Assembly (NCBI GenBank): GCA_016840035.1
Contig: JAEOTC010000030.1
Coordinates: 51,527-115,526 of the forward strand
DNA length: 64,000 nt
DNA from: Candidatus Hodarchaeota archaeon
GTDB lineage: Archaea > Asgardarchaeota > Heimdallarchaeia > Hodarchaeales > Hodarchaeaceae
Direction: 5' to 3'
Both the position numbers and the translations under genes were made by a program. The notes under the pieces are model-generated. The model was not told the DNA's origin. It saw only the letters and a program-made list of their open reading frames with translations, and did not search any database. The first letter of the stretch is position 1. Each line of letters starts with the position of its first letter. Of this stretch, positions 18,416 to 29,052 are shown in pieces.

Positions 18416-19336
18416 TCAGAGAAACTTAATCTCCATTGCATCCTCCGGGCATGCTCCAACACAATCCAGACAATTTGTGCAATGTTCACTCCTAACTTTT
18501 TCTGGTGGATGAGACATAATCCTAACTCCCATTGGACACACATCTTCACAAATTCCACAATGTGTACATTTTGAAATATTTCTGCCAATTCCAATAATAG
18601 AATTCTTTCCTATCTGTCCCATAATTATTCCTACAGGGCAAAACCATCGACACCAACCTCTAGGAATGTAAACAATGAGGATTAATCCACCAGCGAAGAT
18701 TATAAATCGGATCCAAAAAAAGATGTCTATTTGGACTAAAGTATTCCAATTGAGTAGGCTTTCTATTCCTCCCCAGTAAAAGAGAGCGGGAATGACTGTG
18801 AAAAGGAACGTCGCTGGACTTAAAGCGGTCCAGGGTTGCTCTGAAAATACACCAAAGGATGCCTTGACTTGCTCTGTATCACCTAAACCAACTCCGACCC
18901 CTATAACAACTGCCACTAATACAGTCCCTCCAGTGATAAACTCACCAATTTGTCTATAACTATCGTTCGTATCCTTGGTGGGTTCATATTTATTAAATCT
19001 AGAGGTGATTAGCCCAATTATGTCCTGAAATAAACCGAATGGACATCCCCATGAGCAAAACATTCTTCCAAATACAGCTCCAATCAGAAAAAAAGACGCT
19101 AGTGGTACCAATGGGATAATAGCTGTTGTAAGCATTCGTTGAAAAAGATCAAAAGCCCCTTCTGAAGTGGTGAATATACCTCTAGGATTTACTACAGGTA
19201 AAACTAACCAAGTTGCACCTATTAGGAAAAAAGACAAATTCATCAACAGAAACATAACAAATTGAACAAAAATCCTAAATAGTCGGAGTTTAGTTAGATT
19301 AACCTTACCCTTCTTGTGCCAAGTCATTTTGATCAC
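18416..19336 (-). CDS. Membrane 4Fe-4S binding protein (NapH/MauN-like polyferredoxin)
   Basis: FGRMFCSWGCPFG, WCRWFCPVG, two CxxCxxCxxxCP motifs. Confidence 0.9.
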   Translation of the reverse strand: MIKMTWHKKGKVNLTKLRLFRIFVQFVMFLLMNLSFFLIGATWLVLPVVNPRGIFTTSEGAFDLFQRMLTTAIIPLVPLASFFLIGAVFGRMFCSWGCPFGLFQDIIGLITSRFNKYEPTKDTNDSYRQIGEFITGGTVLVAVVIGVGVGLGDTEQVKASFGVFSEQPWTALSPATFLFTVIPALFYWGGIESLLNWNTLVQIDIFFWIRFIIFAGGLILIVYIPRGWCRWFCPVGIIMGQIGKNSIIGIGRNISKCTHCGICEDVCPMGVRIMSHPPEKVRSEHCTNCLDCVGACPEDAMEIKFL

Positions 19337-19483
19337 CTATGGAGTGGGAATCCCCGCGAGTGCGCTTGATGTAATATCTACTATTAAATCAGCAATATCT
19401 CCAAATTGACCTTCTGATATTGCTGTAGCAAGGAGAATAATTCCAATACTAAAGGCGATGAAGGCTTTTGCATTACTTTTCAT
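19337..19483 (-). CDS. 48-aa membrane peptide coupled to the 4Fe-4S protein (absent from the ORF track)
   Basis: MKSNAKAFIAFSIGIILLATAISEGQFGDIADLIVDITSSALAGIPTP; GAGGA upstream; stop abuts next gene. Confidence 0.65.
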   Translation of the reverse strand: MKSNAKAFIAFSIGIILLATAISEGQFGDIADLIVDITSSALAGIPTP

Positions 19484-19621
19484 GTCTAAGATTCCTCATA
19501 TGAATTATTAGAATAATTACTGGCTTTCTCTGATGAGATCTGACATTTTTACTCACCGTAGTCGTATTATTAAATATCTTCACTTAACATTATGAAGTAT
19601 TAAATCTTGTGTCATTACTGA

Positions 19622-20848
19622 TTAGAATCCCCAATCTCGACTTTTACTAAATCCATATGCCACTGTACGAACCTCGTTTATTCGTCTCAAATTTGAAGGC
19701 TTTTTTAGCGCTTTTAGCAATAAAATAATTTTCTGAAAATTAGAAATCTCCGTTATATCCCAACCATTCAATAATGAACCAAATGTATCTAAGTCTGCTG
19801 GTGAAAACTTGGAATATATAATTTTATGAGCTTCTTGGATCACTGGATCAGAATAGGGAAAAGAATCCATTCGAGTTTGATATTCTGATAAGAAATCTTC
19901 GTCAAATCTCTGAGCTTCATGTGCTTTTATTGCCATTTCACCAGCAAGCATACCTGTGTGTATACCAATTGCAATACCCCCATAAAATATTGAATTTGTC
20001 ATACCTGCTGCATCTCCAGCTACCAAATAATTATCGCAGTACCTCTTTGGAATAGGACCACTAGCAGGTATTATTCCAGCGATTTCCTTGAATATTTCAC
20101 TTTCTTTCAAATTTGGATTTTCTAAGTAATCTATAAATTCGTTTAATATTTTTCTCGGCTTAGATGCGGTATCAGTCACGACACCTACATTCGTATGTCT
20201 TCTCTTCGGAAAAACCCACCCATAATGCATTTTAGGAAACTTTTCGAAATTGAAATAAAAATCTAAAGCATCTGTATGCACACCATCAATTTTACATTCG
20301 ACACCTTGTACATATTCCTTAGGTGGTGACAGATCCATCATTTTTACACTGTGAGCAGAAGGGCCATCACATCCTATGACAAACGGGGCGATATACTTCT
20401 CTTTTTGGGTTGATATTTCCAATTGTTGAGCATTACGGGTTATCCCAATCACTTGTGAATTTAATTTGATTGTTGCTCCATTTTCTTCAGCTTCTTTTGC
20501 AATCTGCCTGTCAAATTCTGGTCGATCAATTGTTACAGTATTTAGGTGCGAGGTAGCTACTCCACTCTTTCCAAAGAAGAATCGCTGGTATGCAATTTCA
20601 CGCTCAATGAAAGAGTGTTTCTTCTGTAGTTTTAGTTCTGTTGAATAATCATCTTGTGAAATCCGAGGCATATTCTCTAATGTTAATAATTTGTCTCTAG
20701 ATATTCCTTCACCACAAGCTAATGGATTTCCTATTTCAGAATGTTCCTCTAAAACAACGGGTTTTAATTCGCTGTTTTTTGTTATTGTAATTGCGGTAGA
20801 AAGTCCTGTTGGCCCACCACCAATTATTATGACATCAAAAGAGTTCAA
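19622..20848 (-). CDS. Geranylgeranyl reductase-family FAD oxidoreductase
   Basis: GGGPTG, P..CGEG, IDRPEFD, YGWVFP, GDAAG. Confidence 0.9.
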   Translation of the reverse strand: MNSFDVIIIGGGPTGLSTAITITKNSELKPVVLEEHSEIGNPLACGEGISRDKLLTLENMPRISQDDYSTELKLQKKHSFIEREIAYQRFFFGKSGVATSHLNTVTIDRPEFDRQIAKEAEENGATIKLNSQVIGITRNAQQLEISTQKEKYIAPFVIGCDGPSAHSVKMMDLSPPKEYVQGVECKIDGVHTDALDFYFNFEKFPKMHYGWVFPKRRHTNVGVVTDTASKPRKILNEFIDYLENPNLKESEIFKEIAGIIPASGPIPKRYCDNYLVAGDAAGMTNSIFYGGIAIGIHTGMLAGEMAIKAHEAQRFDEDFLSEYQTRMDSFPYSDPVIQEAHKIIYSKFSPADLDTFGSLLNGWDITEISNFQKIILLLKALKKPSNLRRINEVRTVAYGFSKSRDWGF

Positions 20849-20992
20849 TCTCTTGTATCTCCTTATATTTCTGGAAGTAGATATTCTTAAATTTATTTTT
20901 TCTTCTTTATCATCTAACTTGATTTCTAAAAAAAATTTATCAGAGAAAATATTGAAAGATGATTCACGAATTTATGTTATTCAGGTAATCTA

Positions 20993-21319
20993 ATGGCACC
21001 ATCCTCAATGCAAATAGGAAAATGTACTGTCAAGACACAAGGTAAGATTCTCGTTCAACTTAAGGGAATAAATCTTCCTAAGATTGGATCCAAAGCTTTT
21101 GTCTCCAAAGAAGGAAAATCGAGGCAACTTGGTGATGTAGTTGAAGCTATTGGCTCAACCCAGCACCCATGGATTGTGATATCTGCCAATAAAAAAGCCT
21201 ATGAGCATATCCAGATAAATGATGAAATCTATACTTTAGAGAGAATCAAAAAGAAGAAATCAAAAAAATTCCGGGATCGACAAAAAAGAATGCGAGAGGA
21301 AAGATATAAGCGTAGTTAA
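20993..21319 (+). CDS. gar1: H/ACA RNP Gar1/Naf1-family protein
   Basis: P.IGS..LGDVVEAIGSTQHPWI, upstream of rps8e. Confidence 0.75.
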   Translation: MAPSSMQIGKCTVKTQGKILVQLKGINLPKIGSKAFVSKEGKSRQLGDVVEAIGSTQHPWIVISANKKAYEHIQINDEIYTLERIKKKKSKKFRDRQKRMREERYKRS

Positions 21320-21391
21320 GATTGCCCAAATATTGAAGAAGCCCTTCTAATTGGCTTTCTAGTACAATCTCGTTTAATATAAACTGAGGAA

Positions 21392-21775
21392 ATGCAAATG
21401 GCACGATCACAAAAACGATCCGTACGTAAACCTAGTGGCGGGCGTTATCATACAGCAGTAAAGAAGAAAAAGAGAGATCTATCTCGTCCACCAGCCCTTA
21501 CTATCCTTGGTGATCAAAGGAGAAAACTCATTAGAACGCGTGGTGGGAATCGAAAAATCCGTTTATTATCCCATAAATTTGCCAATCTTTCTCATCAAGA
21601 TAAAAAAACTTCTGAAAAGGTAGAAATTCTGGATGTTGAATCCAATCCAGCAAATAGAGACTTTGCTCGTCGTAAAATTATTACTAAGGGCGCAATTATC
21701 GAAACTAAAAAAGGTAAAGCGCGGGTAACTTCTCGTCCAGGACAAAATGGTACTGTTGACGCCATTCTAATATAA
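21392..21775 (+). CDS. rps8e: 30S ribosomal protein S8e
   Basis: [26 protein letters not shown]. Confidence 0.97.
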   Translation: MQMARSQKRSVRKPSGGRYHTAVKKKKRDLSRPPALTILGDQRRKLIRTRGGNRKIRLLSHKFANLSHQDKKTSEKVEILDVESNPANRDFARRKIITKGAIIETKKGKARVTSRPGQNGTVDAILI

Positions 21776-21874
21776 ATGGCTTTAATTTTATCCTCTGCTC
21801 TCAATTGATCTTTTTGGTTAAGATCGTGATATTGACAATCATTTTCTTTTAATTTTACTAAGTGGACGATCCAC

Positions 21875-22651
21875 TTAGCTCTGAATTTCTTTAGATTTAC
21901 TTTCGTTTTTTATTCTTTTCTTCAAATAACGCATACTTAGTAAGTATAGACTCAATATCGCCAAAGCAAATACTAAGAGGATTAGAAAGAACATATTTAG
22001 GTCCTCTTCGGCCCATGAAACCAGTTCTGACCCTATTAAGATGTAAAATAGAACCCTAGGAATTGTTCCGATGACCGTTGGGATGAAGTAGTTCCAAAAT
22101 CTAATTCGTGTAAAACCAGCTCCGTATGAAACAGCATCAAAGGGGATAAATGGTGTTAGTCTACCGATTAAAACGAACCAAAATCCTCGTTCCTCAATGA
22201 GATCAAAAAAGTACTCGGAATCTTCATCAATAAATCGTGCAAGGAAATTAGCGATTTTTGTGAGGTAAATTTTTTTCCTATTACTCTCTACGATTGACTC
22301 TTCTCCTTTTGTTGAATAAGGATCAACAATTCGCGTCTTTAGGATGGATTGTACACCCCTGGCAATGTAAAATGCAATTATTGCACCCAGAAGGGACCCA
22401 ATGATTCCTCCTATGAATGCTAAGATTAATCCCTCATCTCCATAGACCGTATAAAATCCATAACCAGCTGCAGCCAGAACTGCTTCTGATATAATTGGAG
22501 CGACAATTGCTTGAACTACCATCGCAATTATTAAACCCCATATTCCGAACTCTTCAACCAGATTTAATAGAATTTCATTCAAGGAATCCCAAATAAATAG
22601 AAATAAGTCAAAAACTGGATCAAGTAACGCTAAGAAGTGAGAAGATGTCAT
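21875..22651 (-). CDS. TVP38/TMEM64 (VTT/DedA) membrane protein
   Basis: QAIVAPIISE, GRLTPFIPFDAVSYGAG, GTIPR. Confidence 0.88.
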   Translation of the reverse strand: MTSSHFLALLDPVFDLFLFIWDSLNEILLNLVEEFGIWGLIIAMVVQAIVAPIISEAVLAAAGYGFYTVYGDEGLILAFIGGIIGSLLGAIIAFYIARGVQSILKTRIVDPYSTKGEESIVESNRKKIYLTKIANFLARFIDEDSEYFFDLIEERGFWFVLIGRLTPFIPFDAVSYGAGFTRIRFWNYFIPTVIGTIPRVLFYILIGSELVSWAEEDLNMFFLILLVFALAILSLYLLSMRYLKKRIKNESKSKEIQS

Positions 22652-22837
22652 AGAAAACCTCTGTTACACATTTTCTATTCGGAGAAATGATTAATGTGCC
22701 GCTGGGGCATCTCTAGTTTGTCATTATAAACACTTCAGAAAAGAAACATTTATCATTCATAAAAGTTCAAATGAAAGTATACTAAATGTTAAGGACCTCA
22801 TAATAGTACAATTTCATTTTCAGAGTGAGGCAATAAT

Positions 22838-24511
22838 TTGGAATCCGAGAAATTAGAATTACATCAGGAAGTCTTTCGAAGACGATCAAGACTTGATTTG
22901 AAACGTGAAATCGAGGATTGGTTATCTTTAAAGAATTTTCCAGACGAAACCAGAGTCAATCTTTCACTAGCTGGTCGTCGGTTCGTATTCCAACATAGTA
23001 GAATGCAAAAAGCTTTAGGCCCAGTTGTAAGTCGTACTCAATGGTCTCGATACCGTTCAAATCCAGAAATGACCATACCTCTCTCAACAATACGTATGCT
23101 GGTTGAAAATGAACGAGAACTATTCATGACATCGTTCACGGTAACAAGTATCGGTAACAAGAAAAGTCAGCTCCCAATAAAACTTCCAGTGAAAACAGAG
23201 AGTAATTCTTTAGCGAAATTGTTAGGATTACTCACCTTATCCAAGAATGTATTTCAAACTGGGACCTACCAAACTGATCAAAAAGGGAAAATTGAGAGTT
23301 TCATTGAAACATTTGATTCGGTATTTGATGTAAATCTATGTCCAGATGGAGAAATTGCCCAGAATCAACGAGGTTATTATGTTAAAATTCCCGTTCAACT
23401 ATGTTCTGCCATTGTAAAAGCATTCACAGGAGAATTTCAAAACAGTTTTCCACAAATAATTTTATCTGTCTCAAAGTGTAAGGATGAACAGGATATTTTA
23501 GATTTTGTTACAATGTGGTTGAAATTTTCTCGCCTATATAGGTTTGAAGGGGACGAGGAAAATTTATTCATGTTCAGATATAATGATGAGACACGAGAAA
23601 TTGCAAAACTGATTGAAAAATTGGGTGTTAGGTACGAGACAGCATCAATATGGGATCGAGGAAGTGTTGTACCAGTTTATCGGATCCCTAATGTAGACGA
23701 CAACAAGGTCATCTTGAACACTGCATCAATTGTAAACAGATTGAAAGATAAAATTGTTAGTCAAGAAGCACGTATAAAGGAATTAGAAGCGATAAAAGAG
23801 GATTTGGAGGTTGAACTTGAAGGTACGACACAGAGTTCACATGAAAAACTTTCCTGGTCTAGAGCAATTGATGAAAGGTTAGCAGATAACTTATCGGAGA
23901 AATTATTGGAATTTGAAAGAATTTTAATTACGACTAAACGTGAAAATGAAAAACTGAAGAATCTCTTACGAGAAGGAGGCACTATATCTCCTGAAATCTT
24001 AGAAGAAAGCTCTGATAGTACTGTAATAACATCTGATATAGCTAATTTGCGTGAAGAAGTCAATCTCATAAAAGAAAGACTAACAAATTTGAAAGAACAA
24101 AGCCAGGGTGGAAAAGAATTAAGTTACAAGGTAACAAAAGAGATTACAATGAAATCGGGAGGAAGCACCGTTGGAATGGAGATGGATCTTCGTCCAATAG
24201 TGAAAGCACTTCTCGCATCACCTGATAACTGGATCTTATTTGTGCTTGGAACTAATCAACAACTATCAAAAGAACAAATTAGTCAAATTTTAGGAATTCC
24301 TGCTGAAAAACGGTTAGATTTACAGAGAAGACTAAATGAATATGTTGATAGACGAATAATTAAAGTAATAGAAACTCCAGAGGAAGAACTTTATCAGCTA
24401 GATAGATGGGAATGGTCTGATCTGATCGGATCCTATACAAACACAATACTAGGGAATAAAGAAGGCGTTCCTTTGGATGTCAAACAATTAGTAAGGTATA
24501 TACTACGATAA
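22838..24511 (+). CDS. Multidomain putative DNA-binding protein: Cro-like HTH, degenerate LAGLIDADG-like domain, coiled coil, winged helix
   Basis: VSRTQWSRY..IP HTH; IKLP..LAKLLGLL; EIAKLIEKLGV; heptads around aa 300-425; C-terminal wH. Confidence 0.6.
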   Translation: MESEKLELHQEVFRRRSRLDLKREIEDWLSLKNFPDETRVNLSLAGRRFVFQHSRMQKALGPVVSRTQWSRYRSNPEMTIPLSTIRMLVENERELFMTSFTVTSIGNKKSQLPIKLPVKTESNSLAKLLGLLTLSKNVFQTGTYQTDQKGKIESFIETFDSVFDVNLCPDGEIAQNQRGYYVKIPVQLCSAIVKAFTGEFQNSFPQIILSVSKCKDEQDILDFVTMWLKFSRLYRFEGDEENLFMFRYNDETREIAKLIEKLGVRYETASIWDRGSVVPVYRIPNVDDNKVILNTASIVNRLKDKIVSQEARIKELEAIKEDLEVELEGTTQSSHEKLSWSRAIDERLADNLSEKLLEFERILITTKRENEKLKNLLREGGTISPEILEESSDSTVITSDIANLREEVNLIKERLTNLKEQSQGGKELSYKVTKEITMKSGGSTVGMEMDLRPIVKALLASPDNWILFVLGTNQQLSKEQISQILGIPAEKRLDLQRRLNEYVDRRIIKVIETPEEELYQLDRWEWSDLIGSYTNTILGNKEGVPLDVKQLVRYILR

Positions 24512-24519
24512 AATTCCCA

Positions 24520-24867
24520 CTACAAATTATCAATTACCTTCAAAGCTTGTAAAAGTTCCTCTTTCTCTGAAGATTCTTTTTTATCCCCATTAGCTTTCTT
24601 TACTAACATTTCCTCCGTTACTGTAAGATCAAATTCATCCTTTTCTGGTAGAAAGATATCTGAAGTAATTTCTTCAATTTTTGGAGGAATATCAGATATT
24701 GAGGGTGAATCTTCATGAGTTATCCTTCTCAAGGATTCTTTTAACCAGTCTATATCATTTTGCAGTTTATTAATCGCTCTACTTTGAGTTTGGATTTGGT
24801 CACCTAGTAATCTTGCAACTTTGGTTAACGTTTCAATTTTTTTTGCGTTTAATTCACCTAAGTCCAA
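24520..24867 (-). CDS. Hypothetical small coiled-coil protein
   Basis: N-terminal heptads, acidic linker, terminal helix EKEELLQALKVIDNL. Confidence 0.7.
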   Translation of the reverse strand: MDLGELNAKKIETLTKVARLLGDQIQTQSRAINKLQNDIDWLKESLRRITHEDSPSISDIPPKIEEITSDIFLPEKDEFDLTVTEEMLVKKANGDKKESSEKEELLQALKVIDNL

Positions 24868-25087
24868 TTTTATTCATTTCCTAGAAACCATAGAAAAGAT
24901 AGATTTGTAGGTAATCCCTGTTAATTTGTTAGCAATCTTAAGGAATTAAAAAACTTCCTTTTGATAAGAAGCTCAGAATTTCTAATAAAGATTTTAGAAT
25001 AAACACATAAAAGATTCCAGTTCTCAGTATAAAATAATTAATGAATCACTCTTAAAAAAAGCTTTAGAAGTCCTAGGGGTTTTCTAG

Positions 25088-27646
25088 ATGAGTAAAACCA
25101 ATTCTATCAGAAACTTTGGTTTAGAAGAAGATAAGGATTATCTTTTATTAAGTACTGTTTATGATGCGAAGAGTAACGGTGCAGGAATAAAGCTTCTTGA
25201 CATTAAAAAAGGTAAAATGGTCTATATCACTGACCCATTTAATCATGAACCATACTGCCTGAGTAATCAAACGGTACAAGAAATCCAAAACAAGAAAATT
25301 CCTTCAACTGTCATCAAACGTCTTTCTACAATTGAAAAACGCGATTTATTACATAGCAAAAGTCTAAACTTAACTCAAATTTTTACTCCGACTCCAAGCC
25401 AAGTCCCAGAGGTTAGAGAGATTCTTGGAGAGACTTGGGAATCTAGAATTAAATATCATCGAAACTGGCTGTATGATCAACAACTAGTTCCAGGAAGAAT
25501 TTATAGATGGAATCCTGAAAAGAAAGATTTTTACATTCCAACGGATCAAAAATCAGGTTTAAACCTTCCATCAACTGTAACAGATCACTTAAATAAATAT
25601 AAAGGACTTCTAGATAACTATTTGTACGATTTTACTCAGGAAATTCCAGAAATTCCAATTGTTTCTTGTGATATTGAAACAGAATATGCTGAAAATCAAA
25701 TACCACAAGCTACTGATCCAAAACATCGAATAACTTGTATTTGTTTTTTTGATAACTCAAATAAATCCTATGCACTTGTTTTAGAACGAAAAGAAATAGA
25801 AAAAGGCCAAGAAATAGGTAACGATTCCGAAAGTAGTAATATTAGCCGCTTTAAAGATGAAACCGATTTAATCAAGAAAGCTTTCGAAATTTTAAGTGAA
25901 TATCCAGTTATTGTAACCTTTAATGGAGATAATTTTGATTTTCCTTATTTGCACGAACGTGCACGAGAACTTAAAATCAATAGCTTTAGTCCAATCTTAT
26001 GGAATAGAAGAAATAGGGAGTGTACGCTAAAAAACGGAATTCACATTGATCTTTATCGTTTCTATCAGAATGTCGCAATTCGAACTTATGCTTTTGGAAA
26101 TAAATATCAACAAACTTCATTAAATGCTATTGCACTAGCATTATTGGGTGTTGGCAAAGTTGAGTTGCAAAAAGAAATCGCAGATCTTTCGGAATGGGAA
26201 TTAATTCATTATTGTCTACGAGATGCGAAAATCACTCTCGATCTCATCCTATTTGATGAAAGTACTCCTTTAAGATTGATTTTTATGTTATCTCGGATCA
26301 CTCGTTCACCCATTGATGATTTAACACGAACTGCTGTGTCGAATTGGGTTCAAAGTCTTTTTTATTCTGAACACCGTCGAAGACATTACTTGATACCAAA
26401 TGCAGAGGATATTCAGAAAGAAAAAAGCATATTTAGAAGTTCAGAATCCATTATCAAAGGAAAAAAATACAAAGGAGCAACCGTTATAGACCCAGTTCCA
26501 GGAGTTCATTTCAATGTCACCGTATTAGATTTTGCTTCTCTTTATCCCTCAATCATCAGTGCCTTTAATTTAAGCTATGAAACGATTTTATGTAATCATT
26601 CAGAGTGTAGGGAGAATTTAGTTCCTCAGACGAATTATTGGGTATGTAAGAAAGAACGCGGGATAATTGCAGATACTATTGGGTTTATAAAAGATGTAAG
26701 AGTCCAGTGGTTAAAACCTGAATCAAAAAAGAAATCTAATCAGCAGGATTATTACAAAATTCTCGAAAGAAGTCTCAAGGTATTAATCAACGCATCATAT
26801 GGTGTTTTAGGGAGTGATCGTTTTCTTTTATATTGTCTTCCAGTAGCTGATTCAACAACTGCATATGGAAGAGATTCAATTGAACGTACTATTGATAAAG
26901 CTCATAGTCTTAATGTCAAAGTGCTTTATGGTGATACAGACTCTGTTTTTTTGCTCTCTCCTTCTCCAGAACAAATCAAGGACATTATAGACTGGAGTCA
27001 ACAATCCTTGGGTGTGAGTTTGGAAGTAGAAAAAACCTATCGGTATGTTGTGTTATCAGAGAGGAAGAAGAATTACTTTGGGGTATATCCTAACTCTGAT
27101 ATTGATGTCAAGGGATTGATGGGAAAAAAAAGAAATACTCCCCCATTTCTTCAAAAAGCTTTCAAGGACGTATTGAAAATCCTTGCAGAGGTAAAATCGG
27201 AAGATGAGTTTAATTCCGCTCAAAAACATGTAAAAGATTATATACGTAATGTATACCGAAGATTAGAAAAGGGAAAATATTCGAGTGACGATCTTGCCAT
27301 CACAATGCAAATGACACAACAATTACATAAATATGCTGTAAATGCTCAGCATGTGAAAGCAGCTTGGCAATTAGAAGAGATGTTTCAACGACAGCATCAT
27401 AATAAACCATTGAATAAATCAGTTCCAGCAGAATTTATCAAATCTGGGCGGTTTATTAGATTTGTCAAAACAAAAAACCCTGATCGTGTGACAGCTTTAG
27501 AATTGATGTCTAATAAATCTAAAATTGACATTAAAGCATATCGTTCAATGATTGATACTATCTTTGAACAATTAATCGGAGCCTTAGATATCGAAGTTGA
27601 GGAATTATCATCTGGTCAAGTTAATCTGATGGAATTTTTTAGTTAA
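25088..27646 (+). CDS. polB: Family B DNA polymerase, PolB1-type
   Basis: Exo DIETE/FNGDNFD/YCLRD; DFASLYPS; KVLINASYG; YGDTDS; CNHSEC..WVC insert; C-terminal PIP box QVNLMEFF. Confidence 0.95.
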   Translation: MSKTNSIRNFGLEEDKDYLLLSTVYDAKSNGAGIKLLDIKKGKMVYITDPFNHEPYCLSNQTVQEIQNKKIPSTVIKRLSTIEKRDLLHSKSLNLTQIFTPTPSQVPEVREILGETWESRIKYHRNWLYDQQLVPGRIYRWNPEKKDFYIPTDQKSGLNLPSTVTDHLNKYKGLLDNYLYDFTQEIPEIPIVSCDIETEYAENQIPQATDPKHRITCICFFDNSNKSYALVLERKEIEKGQEIGNDSESSNISRFKDETDLIKKAFEILSEYPVIVTFNGDNFDFPYLHERARELKINSFSPILWNRRNRECTLKNGIHIDLYRFYQNVAIRTYAFGNKYQQTSLNAIALALLGVGKVELQKEIADLSEWELIHYCLRDAKITLDLILFDESTPLRLIFMLSRITRSPIDDLTRTAVSNWVQSLFYSEHRRRHYLIPNAEDIQKEKSIFRSSESIIKGKKYKGATVIDPVPGVHFNVTVLDFASLYPSIISAFNLSYETILCNHSECRENLVPQTNYWVCKKERGIIADTIGFIKDVRVQWLKPESKKKSNQQDYYKILERSLKVLINASYGVLGSDRFLLYCLPVADSTTAYGRDSIERTIDKAHSLNVKVLYGDTDSVFLLSPSPEQIKDIIDWSQQSLGVSLEVEKTYRYVVLSERKKNYFGVYPNSDIDVKGLMGKKRNTPPFLQKAFKDVLKILAEVKSEDEFNSAQKHVKDYIRNVYRRLEKGKYSSDDLAITMQMTQQLHKYAVNAQHVKAAWQLEEMFQRQHHNKPLNKSVPAEFIKSGRFIRFVKTKNPDRVTALELMSNKSKIDIKAYRSMIDTIFEQLIGALDIEVEELSSGQVNLMEFFS

Positions 27647-29021
27647 ATTCTTTAAATCCAATTTTGAATATCGAGAAACCCTCTGTTTCATTAACATGAG
27701 GAAACAAACGCTGTGCGTTCGGAAATTTTGGACTTGGTGTACCTATGAATATTTCTTGGTCTTTCAGTTCAAATTTTGGATTTTGTTTAAGAAATTTTTC
27801 AATTACATCTTCATTTTCCATCGGGAGGAGAGAGCATGTAGAATAAATTAGAAATGAAGAAGAATTTTCTCTCAACATTATTGAAACATTTTTTAGGAGT
27901 GTCAGCTGAAGTTTATGTAACCATTTCACTTGATGACGATCAATTCTCCATTTAGAATCTGGGCGAGAGGAAAAAGTCCCTGATCCTGAACAGGGTGCAT
28001 CTAGAAGTATTTTATCGAATACTATCTTGAATGGCCTTTCTAGTCTCATATCTAGTATGATGGGTTGTATACTTTTCAGGTTATACGTGTCTATTTTTCG
28101 AATTAATTCAGTCATTCTTCTTTTGTGATTATCTGTAGCAATAATATATCCTGAATCATGTTGTAGAGTAGCTAGATGTGTTGTTTTACCTCCTGGTGCA
28201 GCACAAGCATCGAGTATTACTTCTCCTTCCTTTGGATTGAGAATATGAGATATTAATGAGGAACCCATTGTTTGCATATAGTAGTAATCAGCTCTAAAGG
28301 AGTGTAGACGGGGTAAAGGTAGGTCAGTCGATACAACTTTTACCACATCATCCATGACAGGATCAAGTTCAACAGAGACCCCCTCCTCAGCTAATACTGA
28401 AACAATTGTATCTTTCCTAAATTTCAGAAGATTCAATCTAAGATATACTGGTAAAGTTTCATTATTTGCTTTCAAGATATTTTTAGTAAGTTCAGGACCA
28501 TAAAATGCATTTAAATCACGTACCAACCAAGTAGGATGTGCAAACTCAACACCAAGCCGTTCTTCCTCATCATTAATTGATTCAAGGAGAGTTTCTAATT
28601 TCCAATCACGAAAATATACCTTCAGTGCTGAAAAAAGCTGTTTTGAATATTTTAAATCCAGTGAATGTAAAATTTTGGTATATGCTTGATCCCAATACTG
28701 CTCTTGGTGGCTTTCAGGGGCCAGAATTGCCAAGTAAATAACAATTCTTAGAATATTTCGAGTATTCTCTTTTAATTTCTCGTTTAATTTATTTTGAATT
28801 TGCTGGTGGATTATTCGATTGCAGACATTTTGATATCGGACAGTTTCAAAAACTAACGCATGCACTTGTGAATATGAGTGTCTATCATCATCTTTTGAGA
28901 AGTTTGAATACATCTTCATCGCATTTCTTAGTGAAACTTGCCTCTCCTCATAAAATGAAATAATTTTTGAGGCAACTTCGATATTGTTGATGTATCGTTC
29001 CAGATTATCTTCATTATTCAA
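27639..29021 (-). CDS. RsmB/NOP2-family RNA m5C methyltransferase
   Basis: DACAAPGGKT, DAPCSGSG, YSTCS..ENE. Confidence 0.93.
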   Translation of the reverse strand: MNNEDNLERYINNIEVASKIISFYEERQVSLRNAMKMYSNFSKDDDRHSYSQVHALVFETVRYQNVCNRIIHQQIQNKLNEKLKENTRNILRIVIYLAILAPESHQEQYWDQAYTKILHSLDLKYSKQLFSALKVYFRDWKLETLLESINDEEERLGVEFAHPTWLVRDLNAFYGPELTKNILKANNETLPVYLRLNLLKFRKDTIVSVLAEEGVSVELDPVMDDVVKVVSTDLPLPRLHSFRADYYYMQTMGSSLISHILNPKEGEVILDACAAPGGKTTHLATLQHDSGYIIATDNHKRRMTELIRKIDTYNLKSIQPIILDMRLERPFKIVFDKILLDAPCSGSGTFSSRPDSKWRIDRHQVKWLHKLQLTLLKNVSIMLRENSSSFLIYSTCSLLPMENEDVIEKFLKQNPKFELKDQEIFIGTPSPKFPNAQRLFPHVNETEGFSIFKIGFKEFN

Positions 29022-29052
29022 TGAATTTGTCCACCCCTAAAATTTTATCAAA

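Noticed and set aside
22680-22730. Possible C/D box sRNA or riboswitch (ATGATTA plus a GC-rich stretch)
   Set aside because: No properly spaced CTGA D box and no match to a riboswitch I recognise
22838-24511. Active intein or mobile homing endonuclease
   Set aside because: No N-terminal Cys/Ser block or His-Asn splice junction, catalytic acidic residues missing, and no interrupted host gene
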